Shown piece after piece: positions 30,001-40,322 of a stretch of 64,000 nucleotides of DNA (position 1 is its first letter; each line of letters begins with the position of its first letter). Source of the stretch: an uncultured Chloroflexota bacterium (GTDB taxonomy: Bacteria > Chloroflexota > UBA11872); assembly GCA_964422795.1 (NCBI GenBank), contig CAYRCL010000034.1:3499-67498 (forward strand), written 5' to 3'. The position numbers and the translations under genes were made by a program. A model generated the notes under the pieces. It ran no database searches and was not told the origin of the DNA. It saw only the letters and a list, made by a program, of their open reading frames with translations.

Positions 30001-32508
30001 CTAGGTCGCAGCTATCTCCTCCATCTCAGTCTGATCCTGTTTATTCACTACAGGCGCCACCTCCGCGTCAAAGGTAAATTCATCATCTTTCACGTCCACT
30101 GTGACTAAACTTCCAACCGTACATTCTTCCTCGAGCAACATACGCGCTATCACGTTCTCGATCTCGCGTTGAATCGTTCGTCGTAGCGGTCGGGCACCAT
30201 AGTTCGGATCCCACCCGAGTGCAAGAATTCGGTCCTTTGCAGCCGTTGTCAGGACCACCCCAATACCTTGGTCTGAGAGACGTTTAGCCAGCTGCGAAGC
30301 CATGAGCTCTACAACTTCCCTGAGCTGGGATTGTGTGAGTGAATGAAAGATGATGATCTCATCGACACGGTTGAGAAACTCTGGCCTGAATTGACGACGC
30401 AGATCAGCGGTTAAACGCGCTCTCATATCACGATAGTCCCGAGCTTCATCGTCGTCGGAGGCAACGCCGAAACCAAGCTTGTTCTCATTTCGGATGTGCT
30501 GCGCTCCAACGTTCGATGTCATGATGATAATGGTGTTGGTGAAGTCGACAGTTCGTCCATGCCCATCGGTCAGACGTCCATCGTCAAGCACCTGTAAGAG
30601 AACATTGAAGACTTCAGGATGGGCTTTTTCAATCTCATTGAACAGCACGACCTGGTATGGACGTCGCCGCACACGTTCGGTGAGTTGAGCCGCATCGTCG
30701 TAGCCAACATAACCAGGTGGAGCTCCAATCAAACGACTCACAGCGTGCTGTTCTCCGTACTCAGACATATCGACACGTAGTAACGCACTCGAATCGTCGA
30801 ACATGAATTCAGCCAGAGCCCGAGCCAACTCGGTCTTACCAACTCCGGTAGGACCTAGAAATATGAACGAACCTATTGGGCGGGACGGATCACCGATACC
30901 ACTCCTTGAGCGTCGAATAGCATCAGCTACGGCCGATACGGCCTCATCCTGGTTAATGATGCGGCTGTGAATCGCATCCTCCATACCAAGCAACCGTTCT
31001 GCCTCTTCGACAAACATACGACTTACAGGAATCCCGCTTATGCTGGACACAACTTCTGCAATATCGTCGGCGCCAACAGTCTCATCCAAATCCTGCTCGG
31101 CTAACCACTTCTTGCGAGCCTCATTGAGCGTTGACTCGCTCTGCAACACTTCTGACTTTACAGTTGCCGCACGTTCATAATCTCTCTTTCGCCACGCCTC
31201 CTCTTCTTCAGCCTTGAGTTGCTCAATGGCTTTCATCCCCTCACGCAACTCGACGGGCGCATCGAAAATATCAACACGAACTTTCGCTGCAGCTTCATCA
31301 ACCAGATCAATAGCCTTGTCTGGAAGAAATCGATCCGTCAGATACCGATCCGAAAGTTCGGCCGCAGCATTAAGAGCGTCATCAGTAATCTTAAGCCCAT
31401 GATGGTCCTCGTACCGGTCACGAATACCCGCCAATACTTGAATAGTTTCGACCACACTTGGCGCATCCACAAAAACTGGCTGGAATCGACGTGCTAACGC
31501 CTTGTCACGTTCTACGTGTTTACGATATTCATCGAGTGTCGTCGCACCTATAGCCTGCAGTTCACCGCGTGCCAACGCAGGCTTCAGCATCGTAGATGCA
31601 TCGATAGCCCCTTCAGCACCACCCGCCCCTACAGCTTGATGCAGCTCATCGAAGAACAAAACCACCTGACCACTAGACGCTCGAACTTCATTGATCACCG
31701 CTTTGAGTCGCTCTTCGAATTCCCCTCTGAATTTCGCACCAGCCAGCATTGCTCCCATATCGATGGCCAACACATCACGACCACGTAGAAGCTCTGGGAC
31801 ATCACCACTCGCGATACGCTGCGCTAATCCCTCAACGATCGCAGTCTTGCCAACACCAGGCTCACCTATCAGTGCCGGATTGTTCTTGGTCCGACGAGCC
31901 AGAACCTGTATCACACGCTTGATCTCACGTTCTCGGCCAATCACCGGATCCAATTCACCATTACGCGCCATTTCAGTCAGGTTGACGCTGTATTTCTCCA
32001 ACACCTCATAGCGACTCTCTGCACTAGGCGTTGAAGACCGTTGCGCACCACGAATCTCGCGCAAGGCTCTATACACACCCTCCGCATCGATACCCATCGA
32101 CCTAAGAATGCGTCCAGACTCGGTTTCTTGGGACTTTGTAATGGCCAACAGCAAATGCTCATTCCCAACGTATTCGTCACCCAATCGATCCGCTTCTTCA
32201 CCTGCGCTCTGAATAATCGCAATGGTCTGAGGCGTTACAAACAGCTGGCCCTGTGCCACTCCCTCACCTTCGGATTCGGAAGCCACTCGTGGCTTTCCGC
32301 CAAGAACACGTATAACTTCGCCACGCGCCAAGTCCGGTGACACTCTCAAGCGCTGCAAGATTCTCACAGCCAGTGAATCGCTTGTATCTAGCAAAGCAAG
32401 TAGCACGTGCTCAACATCGAGCTGGTTATGACTGCGTTCAAGCATGAAGGATTGGGCCAGCTGAATTGATTCCTGAGCCTTCTCTGTGAACTTCTCAAAA
32501 TTCATCAT
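30001..32508 (-). CDS. clpC: Clp/Hsp100 ATPase, ClpC-type (short middle domain, LGF loop)
   Basis: Double Clp-repeat N-domain; GEPGVGKT and GPTGVGKT Walker A motifs; UVR-length linker (RDYERAA); KLGF ClpP-docking loop. NBD2 Walker B reads LFNE. Confidence 0.85.
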   Translation of the reverse strand: MMNFEKFTEKAQESIQLAQSFMLERSHNQLDVEHVLLALLDTSDSLAVRILQRLRVSPDLARGEVIRVLGGKPRVASESEGEGVAQGQLFVTPQTIAIIQSAGEEADRLGDEYVGNEHLLLAITKSQETESGRILRSMGIDAEGVYRALREIRGAQRSSTPSAESRYEVLEKYSVNLTEMARNGELDPVIGREREIKRVIQVLARRTKNNPALIGEPGVGKTAIVEGLAQRIASGDVPELLRGRDVLAIDMGAMLAGAKFRGEFEERLKAVINEVRASSGQVVLFFDELHQAVGAGGAEGAIDASTMLKPALARGELQAIGATTLDEYRKHVERDKALARRFQPVFVDAPSVVETIQVLAGIRDRYEDHHGLKITDDALNAAAELSDRYLTDRFLPDKAIDLVDEAAAKVRVDIFDAPVELREGMKAIEQLKAEEEEAWRKRDYERAATVKSEVLQSESTLNEARKKWLAEQDLDETVGADDIAEVVSSISGIPVSRMFVEEAERLLGMEDAIHSRIINQDEAVSAVADAIRRSRSGIGDPSRPIGSFIFLGPTGVGKTELARALAEFMFDDSSALLRVDMSEYGEQHAVSRLIGAPPGYVGYDDAAQLTERVRRRPYQVVLFNEIEKAHPEVFNVLLQVLDDGRLTDGHGRTVDFTNTIIIMTSNVGAQHIRNENKLGFGVASDDDEARDYRDMRARLTADLRRQFRPEFLNRVDEIIIFHSLTQSQLREVVELMASQLAKRLSDQGIGVVLTTAAKDRILALGWDPNYGARPLRRTIQREIENVIARMLLEEECTVGSLVTVDVKDDEFTFDAEVAPVVNKQDQTEMEEIAAT

Positions 32509-32927
32509 GAGATATGTTCATCCTCATCGTGGATGCCTGGCTCCCGAGTCATGCGCCGCAGAGCGCTCCGCAACCGTTCAACTTCGGCCTCGTATTTCTG
32601 GCGAACTCGGTCCAGCAAGAGCCGATGTTCCGCATGCTGTCTTTCATATCGATCACGCATATTCAGGATGACTTCGACACCAGCCAAATTAACGCCCAAC
32701 TCGCCAGTCAGTCTCTGAATCAGCCGCACACGCTCAATATCTTCTTGCGAGAACATCCGAACGTTACCGCGAGACCGACTCGGCAAAACCAACCCAATTC
32801 GCTCGTAATGACGCAACGTCTGTGGGTGTACTTCCGTCATCTCTGCAACAACACCGATAAAGAAGGCCGGCCTCGACCGCATATCTTCAGGTGGCGGCCT
32901 ATCATCGGTTCCGCTGTCGAATATCAC
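32505..32927 (-). CDS. hspR: MerR-family heat-shock repressor HspR
   Basis: IGVVAEMTEVHPQTLRHYERIGLVLPSRSRGNVRMFS and LGVNLAGVEVIL; directly after a DnaJ-class gene. Confidence 0.88.
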   Translation of the reverse strand: MIFDSGTDDRPPPEDMRSRPAFFIGVVAEMTEVHPQTLRHYERIGLVLPSRSRGNVRMFSQEDIERVRLIQRLTGELGVNLAGVEVILNMRDRYERQHAEHRLLLDRVRQKYEAEVERLRSALRRMTREPGIHDEDEHIS

Positions 32928-32928
32928 G

Positions 32929-33864
32929 CTAGTTCACCGTCGTCCGTACTGAGCGCTTAGCACGCAGTTCAGCCATCTCACGAAACAAATCACGCTCACG
33001 TTCAGTCAAGTTTTCAGGGAGCTGCACCCTCACCCGAACAAGCATGTCGCCACGCACTCCGGTATCTGCGCGCGGTAAACCCTGCCCACGCAACCTCAAT
33101 CTGGATCCGTCACGGGTTTCAGGTGGAATTCTCATAGTGAGAGGGGAGTCGTCAAGAGTGGGTATCGAAACCTCGCTTCCTAACATTGCCTCGACAAGTT
33201 CAACTCGTACGTCAGTCATCAGATCGTCCCCATCCCTCTCGAATTTCGGATCTTGCGTAATGCGAACACGTAAGAAAAGATCGCCACGCGAGCCATCAGA
33301 TCTCATACTCCCCTCACCTGAAATACGAAGTCGCTTCCCATCACGAACCCCAGGTGGAATCTTGACATCAATCCTCCGTTGACGGATCGATCCATCTCGC
33401 GACGGAACACGAACCGTGAAAATCCTATGTCCACCTACAAGAACTTCGGCCAGCGAGACCTCAAAATTCTCTTCCACATCAGCGGCAGCGAAAGACGCTG
33501 TGCGCGTCCGTCTGTCTGGCCCGCCGCCAAAAAGCATCTCGAAGAACTCACTGAACCCGACCCCTGCACCTCCGAAGAAATCACCGAAATTGGCCGGCTG
33601 ACCACCACTTTGCCGGAAAGCCTCATCAAAGGAACCTGTACGTCGCCAGTTCGATCCAAACATGTCATAGCGCTTGCGCTTCTCCGGATCGGCCAAAACC
33701 TCGTAAGCCTCATTGATCTCCTTAAACCGCGCTTCGGCCGCCTGATCACCCGGATTTACATCCGGATGGTATTTACGCGCAAGTCGCCGATAGACCGTCT
33801 TGATTTCATTCGGATTTGCGGTCCGTGAAACACCTAAAATCTTGTAATAGTCTTTGTAGTCCAC
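32929..33864 (-). CDS. cbpA: DnaJ class II / CbpA-like co-chaperone
   Basis: J-domain HPD, G/F region with FSEFF and the DnaJ C domain; no zinc finger. Confidence 0.85.
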   Translation of the reverse strand: MDYKDYYKILGVSRTANPNEIKTVYRRLARKYHPDVNPGDQAAEARFKEINEAYEVLADPEKRKRYDMFGSNWRRTGSFDEAFRQSGGQPANFGDFFGGAGVGFSEFFEMLFGGGPDRRTRTASFAAADVEENFEVSLAEVLVGGHRIFTVRVPSRDGSIRQRRIDVKIPPGVRDGKRLRISGEGSMRSDGSRGDLFLRVRITQDPKFERDGDDLMTDVRVELVEAMLGSEVSIPTLDDSPLTMRIPPETRDGSRLRLRGQGLPRADTGVRGDMLVRVRVQLPENLTERERDLFREMAELRAKRSVRTTVN

Positions 33865-33873
33865 TGTGGCCGC

Positions 33874-34389
33874 CTATTGACCTTCCGCCACTGCGACTTC
33901 AACGCAAGCAGCCCGCAGAACGTCGTCACCCCAGCAATAGCCGCGCTGCAACTCATCCGTTATCGTCCCTGGCAAAACGTCTCCTGTCCGTCGAGTTGCC
34001 ACTGCTGAGTGGACTCGAGGATCAAATTCACCTGTAGCATCAACCGTACGAACCCCCTGAGCTTCCAATAACGTACATAGACGCTCATACGTCAACTCAA
34101 CGCCCGTACGCACCGCACCGACATTCGACGAATCATTGAAAGCCAGCAACGCTCGATCGAGATCGTCAACCACAATGAGAAAATCGCGTAGCAACGATGC
34201 CTTCGACCTCTGCACAAGATCATTTGTCGTCCGTTCGACGCGTTTACGATAGTTCTCCATTTCGGCACGCAAACGAAGGACTTGCTTATTCAGCAAGTCG
34301 AGCTCCATCGGTGTCTCAACGAGATCATCACTCACTTCAACCGCCCCACATCCTTCTGCAGAAATCTCCTTCCCTATCTCGTTACTCAT
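33874..34389 (-). CDS. grpE: Nucleotide exchange factor GrpE (copy 2)
   Basis: RLRAEMENYRKR, FDPRVHSAV and GY..GDDVLRAACV. Confidence 0.92.
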   Translation of the reverse strand: MSNEIGKEISAEGCGAVEVSDDLVETPMELDLLNKQVLRLRAEMENYRKRVERTTNDLVQRSKASLLRDFLIVVDDLDRALLAFNDSSNVGAVRTGVELTYERLCTLLEAQGVRTVDATGEFDPRVHSAVATRRTGDVLPGTITDELQRGYCWGDDVLRAACVEVAVAEGQ

Positions 34390-34395
34390 CGACGA

Positions 34396-36312
34396 CTATT
34401 TCTCGTCTGCCGCCTCAAATTCAGCATCTACTACATCATCATCCTGATCTGATGGAGACACCGACTCACTTCCTTCAACAGCATCTGACCCTTCGGGGCC
34501 AGCATCTGGTTCGTGGTACATCTGTTCACCCAGCTTCTGCGAAGCCGTCTCTAACACAGCCATCGCACTCTTCAATTCCTCTAAGTCAGAACCCTCTAAT
34601 GCCTTGCGAACATCTGCGATTGCCGTCTCCGCAGCCTGCTTGTCATCAGCATCAACCTTGTCCTCATTTTCGTTAATCAGTCGCTCCGTCTGGTAGGCAA
34701 GACTGTCAGCGTTGTTCCGAAGTTCCGCTTCCTCAAGTTGACGCTTGTCATCCGAGGCATGCTGTTCGGCTTCCGACACCAAAGCCTCGACCTGGTCCGA
34801 CGTTAGATTGGTCGTTGCAGTTATCGTGATGCGCTGCTCCTTGCCCGTAGCAAGATCCTTTGCAGACACAGCCACGATTCCATTTGCATCAATATCGAAC
34901 GTTACTTCGATCTGCGGAACTCCACGTGGAGCCGCCGGAATCCCTTCGAGGCGAAATCTTCCAAGTGTCGTGTTGTCGCGCGCCATCGGTCTTTCACCCT
35001 GAAGCACATGAATGTCAACGGCCGTTTGCCCGTCCTCAGCAGTAGAAAAATTCTCCGACTTGCCTGTCGGGATTGTCGTGTTTCGTGGGATCAGTGCTGT
35101 CATAACCCCACCCAAGGTTTCAACGCCCAGCGACAAAGGTGTCACGTCTAGAAGAACAACATCTTCAACCTCTCCTGCCAACACACCTCCTTGAATCGCA
35201 GCACCAATCGCCACAACCTCGTCGGGGTTTACACCTTGGCTAGGGTCGTTACCTGTTAACTCGCGAACCAATGCCTGAACCGCCGGCATGCGAGTAGATC
35301 CGCCCACTAGCACAACAGCATTAATCGCGGAAGCCTCGATTCCGGCGTCCGTAAGCGCCTGTTTAAATGGAGCAACACACCGCTGCGTAAGGTCCTGAGT
35401 AAGATTTTCGAATTCGGCACGAGTAATCGTGACGTCCAGATGCTTGGGACCTGTTTGGTCAGCAGTAATGAAAGGCAAACTAATCTGAGCCTGAGGAACA
35501 GACGACAGCTCTTGTTTAGCTTTTTCAGATGCCTCGATGAGACGTTGAAGCGCTTGTGGATCCTGTCTTAGATCAATACCCTCGCTCGTCCGAAACTCCT
35601 CAGCAACGTGATCCACAACACGTCGATCGTAGTCGTCACCCCCGAGATGGGTGTCACCGTTCGTTGCCTTAACTTCAAATACGCCATCACCGACTTCCAA
35701 GACCGTGACATCAAATGTTCCCCCGCCAAGATCCCAGACAAGAATCGTCTCAGCCCCCTTCTGTTCAAGCCCATAGGCAAGGGCAGCTGCCGTTGGTTCA
35801 TTGATAATTCGACGCACGTTGAGACCCGCAACCTCACCTGCATTGCGTGTAGCTTGCCGTTGCGCATCATTGAAGTAGGCAGGAACAGTAATCACAGCAT
35901 CCGTAACAGTCTCACCAAGATATTTCTCGGCATCGGCTTTTAATTTCTGGAGAACAACCGCCGAGATTTCTTCGGGAGCCACCTCTCGTCCAGTCTCAGG
36001 GATCTTGATTCGTGCCTCCCCAGCCTTACCTTCAACCACATCAAATGTGACCGACCCCGCCTCTTCGCCAACTTCATCGAGACGGCGCCCAATAAATCGT
36101 TTTGCGGAATAGATCGTATTCTTTGGATTCATGACCGCCTGCCGCCGAGCGAGCTGCCCAACCAGACGTTGTCCCCCATTCGCAAACGCCACCACAGACG
36201 GCGTGAGACGACTACCCTCGGAATTGGTGACCACCGTCGGATCTCCACCTTCCATCACAGCAACCACCGAGTTCGTGGTCCCGAGGTCTATCCCTATGAT
36301 CTTGCTCGCCAT
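34396..36312 (-). CDS. dnaK: Chaperone DnaK (Hsp70)
   Basis: [27 protein letters not shown] and [10 protein letters not shown]; AGGAG RBS. Confidence 0.98.
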   Translation of the reverse strand: MASKIIGIDLGTTNSVVAVMEGGDPTVVTNSEGSRLTPSVVAFANGGQRLVGQLARRQAVMNPKNTIYSAKRFIGRRLDEVGEEAGSVTFDVVEGKAGEARIKIPETGREVAPEEISAVVLQKLKADAEKYLGETVTDAVITVPAYFNDAQRQATRNAGEVAGLNVRRIINEPTAAALAYGLEQKGAETILVWDLGGGTFDVTVLEVGDGVFEVKATNGDTHLGGDDYDRRVVDHVAEEFRTSEGIDLRQDPQALQRLIEASEKAKQELSSVPQAQISLPFITADQTGPKHLDVTITRAEFENLTQDLTQRCVAPFKQALTDAGIEASAINAVVLVGGSTRMPAVQALVRELTGNDPSQGVNPDEVVAIGAAIQGGVLAGEVEDVVLLDVTPLSLGVETLGGVMTALIPRNTTIPTGKSENFSTAEDGQTAVDIHVLQGERPMARDNTTLGRFRLEGIPAAPRGVPQIEVTFDIDANGIVAVSAKDLATGKEQRITITATTNLTSDQVEALVSEAEQHASDDKRQLEEAELRNNADSLAYQTERLINENEDKVDADDKQAAETAIADVRKALEGSDLEELKSAMAVLETASQKLGEQMYHEPDAGPEGSDAVEGSESVSPSDQDDDVVDAEFEAADEK

Positions 36313-36322
36313 CAATTAACTC

Positions 36323-38773
36323 CTATGTTGTTTTGAGAACGGACACCGAACCACTCGTAGTCGGCACCGATATATCACTCATCAATACTGTTGAGATGAC
36401 CTTGTCCATATCACTGACCCAAACAAAACGCATCTGTTTGCGGACCTTTTTGGGGATATCTTCAAGATCTGCCTGATTCTCCGCCGGAGCAACCACCGTG
36501 TGCACCCCAGCACGATGTGCAGCCAGCACCTTTTCTTTGAGACCTCCGATCGGCAACACACGACCTCGCAACGTCACCTCTCCTGTCATCGCGATCTCTC
36601 GTCGCACCTCCCGTCCCGTCACTGCTGAAATGATCGCCGCCCCTATGGTTATTCCAGCCGACGGACCGTCCTTCGGGACTCCACCGACGGGAACATGGAC
36701 ATGGAGATCCCTCTGGGAAAAAAGAGCCGGATCTATTCCCAGGTCATTTGTTCTTGATCTTGCGTATGACAAAGCAGCACGAGCCGATTCACTCATAACC
36801 TCTCCGAGTTGCCCGGTTAAACGAAGCTTCCCACCACCAACAACCCAAGCCGCTTCGACGTCGAGAATCTCACCTCCTACCGGTGTTACTGCTAAACCAG
36901 TCGCCACACCGACTTCTGGATCTCTGGAATCGTACTCAGGAAGAAATTTAGCAGGGCCACGAGCCGCTCGAACCCGGCGGGGCGTCACTCGCTGTGCTGC
37001 ATGTCCATACACAGCAATACGCCGAGCAATCTTGCGACAAACACCCGCCAGCTCACGCTCGAGATTTCTTACTCCAGCCTCTCGCGTGTAGTGTCGGATG
37101 GCTTCGCGAATCGCCCCGTCAGTGAAAGTAATCCCAGAACTCCGCAGTCCATGCTGACGGATTTGCCGAGGCAGGAGAAATCCTTGCGCAATCTGCACCT
37201 TTTCATCCTCCGTATAGCCGCTAAGCTCAATCACCTCCATCCGATCACGCAAAACCTCAGGAATATCCTCAACGGTGTTCGCAGTCGTGATAAAGAGAAC
37301 GCGCGACAGATCAAAATTCACTTCGAGGTAATGGTCCGAAAAGCTTCGGTTATGTTCAGGGTCCAGAACCTCTAATAAAGCGGACGACGGATCACCACGA
37401 AAGTCACGCCCTATCTTGTCAATTTCATCAAGCAGCATCACTGGATTCAGTGATCCGGCACGTCTCATAGCCTGGATGATTCGACCAGGCAAAGCCCCGA
37501 CATACGTACGGCGATGGCCACGAATCTCTGCTTCATCACGGACTCCTCCGAGCGAAATCCGAACAAATTTTCGACTCAGTGCCCGTGCAACTGAGCGACC
37601 AAGACTGGTTTTACCAACACCAGGGGGGCCAACGAGGCAAAGAATTGGAGTGCGAAAGCTAGTAGAAATCGACCGGACCGCCAAAAACTCGAGCACTCGC
37701 TCTTTGACCTTCTCAAGACCATAGTGATCACGGTCAAGGACAAGGCGAGCACGTGACAGATCGGGAGCATCATTAGTCTCTACAGCCCAGGGCAAGCTGA
37801 GCAACCAATCCAGATAGCCTCTAATAACCCCCACTTCGGGAGAAGTCGGTGGCGTAGCCTCAAGTCGCGCTACTTCCTGCCTAGCCTTGGCTTCAACCTC
37901 CTTGGGGAAATCCACATCCTCAATCCGAACGATCAACTCATCAATATCGTCAATCTGCGGGTTCGAGACCCCAAGCTCACGTTGTATGGCTTTGAGTTGT
38001 TCCCGAAGATAGAAATCACGCTGAACCTTTTCAATCCCGTCTTGAATTTCACCCTGGATTTTGTTGCGTATGTTGAGAATCTCCACCTGTTTCGTGAGAT
38101 AAGTCGCGACATGCCGTAAGCGCTCGGCCGGATCAAGCGTTTCAAGAACAGACTGGCGCTCGTGTGGCGACATGTCCGAAGAGAACGTGATGTAATCAGC
38201 AATCCAGCTTGGATCGGCTGTTCGACGAGCCATAGAAACCATCTCAGGAGCAAAAACGTTCGTATCGTCAGCAACAGCCTCGACCTGAGCTACAACCACA
38301 CGACGCAACACTTCAAGTTCAAGTTCGTCAGCTTTCTCGTTAACCAGTGGTGTAACCCGAGCCTGAAGATAATCATCCACCGACTGAACATCTTCCACGT
38401 CCGCCCGATACTGCCCCTCCATGAGAACCTGTACACCACCATCAGGCATACGTAGACGGCGAATGATTTTGGCAACTGTTCCAACATCAAAAAGATGTTC
38501 AGAATCAACCTTTTTACGCGCACGACGCTGCGTCACCAGCACAACCACGTCGTCGGTATCCGCAGCTGCCGAAATGGCATCGACTGACACGGGACGACTC
38601 ACATGCAAAGGCATCGTCAGTTCAGGGAATGCCACCCAATCAGGTAATGGAACAAGTGGCAATAGCTGCGACTCGGGTTTTACTGACGCAACCGTTCGAC
38701 GCGCACCAGAGACTTCGCTTTCAGTTTTATCTGAACGAACAGATCCAGCGTCGCCATTGCCTTGATTAGTCAT
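36323..38773 (-). CDS. lon: ATP-dependent Lon protease (LonA)
   Basis: Lon N-domain, GPPGVGKTS, RRTYVGALPG, catalytic PKDGPSAG and GGLKEK. Confidence 0.97.
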   Translation of the reverse strand: MTNQGNGDAGSVRSDKTESEVSGARRTVASVKPESQLLPLVPLPDWVAFPELTMPLHVSRPVSVDAISAAADTDDVVVLVTQRRARKKVDSEHLFDVGTVAKIIRRLRMPDGGVQVLMEGQYRADVEDVQSVDDYLQARVTPLVNEKADELELEVLRRVVVAQVEAVADDTNVFAPEMVSMARRTADPSWIADYITFSSDMSPHERQSVLETLDPAERLRHVATYLTKQVEILNIRNKIQGEIQDGIEKVQRDFYLREQLKAIQRELGVSNPQIDDIDELIVRIEDVDFPKEVEAKARQEVARLEATPPTSPEVGVIRGYLDWLLSLPWAVETNDAPDLSRARLVLDRDHYGLEKVKERVLEFLAVRSISTSFRTPILCLVGPPGVGKTSLGRSVARALSRKFVRISLGGVRDEAEIRGHRRTYVGALPGRIIQAMRRAGSLNPVMLLDEIDKIGRDFRGDPSSALLEVLDPEHNRSFSDHYLEVNFDLSRVLFITTANTVEDIPEVLRDRMEVIELSGYTEDEKVQIAQGFLLPRQIRQHGLRSSGITFTDGAIREAIRHYTREAGVRNLERELAGVCRKIARRIAVYGHAAQRVTPRRVRAARGPAKFLPEYDSRDPEVGVATGLAVTPVGGEILDVEAAWVVGGGKLRLTGQLGEVMSESARAALSYARSRTNDLGIDPALFSQRDLHVHVPVGGVPKDGPSAGITIGAAIISAVTGREVRREIAMTGEVTLRGRVLPIGGLKEKVLAAHRAGVHTVVAPAENQADLEDIPKKVRKQMRFVWVSDMDKVISTVLMSDISVPTTSGSVSVLKTT

Positions 38774-38779
38774 AAGACT

Positions 38780-38810
38780 AAGTTACATAGTTGAGCCCCT
38801 CACTGTCAAG
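38780..38810 (-). promoter_or_regulatory. Sigma70-type promoter overlapped by a HAIR-like HspR operator; apparently leaderless
   Basis: Minus strand CTTGACA-GTGAGGG-GCTCAAC against the HAIR consensus CTTGAGT-N7-ACTCAAG. TTGACA is followed 18 bp later by TAACTT, which lies 6 nt before the lon ATG. No SD. Confidence 0.7.
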
Positions 38811-39041
38811 TTATCTTACATATACGGGGTCACAACTGGGGCTTTGACTACTTTGAATAGCCGAGGGCCTATACAGCTCTATTCCATCAATAATCACCAG
38901 CCTTCACACAACTCTCGATATTTTCCATTGAACTGGCGACTCACATCAATCCATACAAAAAGCGTAGTGTTTCAAACGAGGTGGGCAGCCTTTCGCGCTG
39001 AGCTTCGCACCGATGATACGGCTGTGTACCTAAACAGCTTG

Positions 39042-39070
39042 TTGACGCACAGCACAGGCTCCCGCACACT
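39042..39070 (+). promoter_or_regulatory. Putative sigma70 promoter of the aro operon
   Basis: TTGACG (39042-47), a 17 bp spacer, then CACACT (39065-70). Confidence 0.55.
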
Positions 39071-39099
39071 CGACCTAACGTTGGTATTAGGACGAACGT

Positions 39100-39180
39100 G
39101 TGAATCGCGATCAGCCAATAAACAGCAACAGCTATTTCGACTTTGCAAAGCCGGCGCTGCCGGACCACCTCCTCATGTGA
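39100..39180 (+). CDS. Putative aro operon leader peptide (26 aa, MNRDQPINSNSYFDFAKPALPDHLLM)
   Basis: GTG start 7 nt after AGGA; clustered TAT-TTC-GAC-TTT (Tyr-Phe-Asp-Phe); stop about 23 nt before an intrinsic terminator. Confidence 0.6.
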   Translation: MNRDQPINSNSYFDFAKPALPDHLLM

Positions 39181-39202
39181 GGACGTGCGAGCAGACGCCG
39201 GC

Positions 39203-39230
39203 AGCAGAGGCCACGGCCTCTGCTTTTTTT
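39203..39230 (+). terminator. Intrinsic terminator (attenuator) in the aroF leader
   Basis: AGCAGAGGC-CACG-GCCTCTGCT stem-loop followed by a T7 run, 58 nt before the aroF start. Confidence 0.85.
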
Positions 39231-39288
39231 GTTTACAGAGCAATTCCAGACAATAGGGCCTAAGGCCACCGAGAATGAGGAAACTCCA

Positions 39289-40320
39289 ATGATCATCGTT
39301 ATGCAGGACGCAGTCACGACCGAACAAATCGCTGCCATCGAGAAGCGGGTCCGAGCCGAAGGCTTGGAGACACGTGTCCTACAGGGTGTGGAAAAGACAG
39401 TGATAGCCCTCATCGGCAAGAGACCGCCCGAGCTCGCGGAACAGATTGAGCGTATGCCTGGTGTGTTTTCAGCAATGCCGATCGGCGAGCCCTTCAAACT
39501 TGCTGCCCGCAGCGAGGCTACGGAAAGTTCAAGCGTGAAGATCGGTGATATCGCAATTGGAAATGGAAAGACGACCGTAATTGGTGGACCCTGCACCGTC
39601 GAAACACGAGAACAACTAATCACCACAGCTGAACATGTCGCAACAGCCGGCGCACAACTCTTACGAGGAGGGGCGTTTAAACCAAGAAGCTCCCCTTACA
39701 GCTTTCAGGGTCTTGGAGTTGATGGACTTAAGCTTCTCGTTGACGCTCGAGAAGCAACAGGCCTTCCCATAGTCACGGAAGTTCTCGACCCCCGACATGT
39801 CGAAGTTGTAACAAACCACGCGGATATGTTGCAGATAGGCACTCGAAACGCTCAGAACTACGTGCTTCTTCGGGAAGTAGGTGCATGCGGAAAACCCGTA
39901 ATGCTCAAGCGTGGGATGGGAAACACCATCGATGAGTGGCTTATGTGCGCCGAATACGTCATGGCTTCTGGAAATCCCGACGTCGTCTTATGCGAACGTG
40001 GCATCCGAACTTTCGAAACATCGTCCCGGTTCACGTTGGACCTGAACGCGATCCCCTTGCTCCGCCGACGAACCCATCTGCCGATCGTCGTAGACCCGTC
40101 GCAAGGCACCGGTCATTGGTTCATGGTCGAAGCTCTATCATTAGCCGCTATCGCGGCTGGCGCTGACGGAATCATTGTCGAAGTCCACCCAACCCCTGAC
40201 GTTGCCTTAATTGATGGCCAACAAAGCCTCAGCCTTGAAAATTTTACAGTTCTAATGGAAAAGCTGAACCCGATGGCAGCCGCATTGGGCCGTCCAACAA
40301 ACGACCCTATCCAGAAATAG
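39289..40320 (+). CDS. aroF: DAHP synthase, type I-beta with an N-terminal ACT-like regulatory domain
   Basis: MIIVM N-domain, IGGPCTVE, RGGAFKPRSSPYSFQGLG, LKRG, LCERGIRTFE and EVHP; start reassigned using the GAGGA RBS. Confidence 0.96.
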   Translation: MIIVMQDAVTTEQIAAIEKRVRAEGLETRVLQGVEKTVIALIGKRPPELAEQIERMPGVFSAMPIGEPFKLAARSEATESSSVKIGDIAIGNGKTTVIGGPCTVETREQLITTAEHVATAGAQLLRGGAFKPRSSPYSFQGLGVDGLKLLVDAREATGLPIVTEVLDPRHVEVVTNHADMLQIGTRNAQNYVLLREVGACGKPVMLKRGMGNTIDEWLMCAEYVMASGNPDVVLCERGIRTFETSSRFTLDLNAIPLLRRRTHLPIVVDPSQGTGHWFMVEALSLAAIAAGADGIIVEVHPTPDVALIDGQQSLSLENFTVLMEKLNPMAAALGRPTNDPIQK

Positions 40321-40322
40321 TA

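Noticed and set aside
39100-39240. T-box riboswitch upstream of aroF
   Set aside because: There is no GGTGGnACC T-box core and the leader is too short for Stem I. The uORF attenuator explains the features better.
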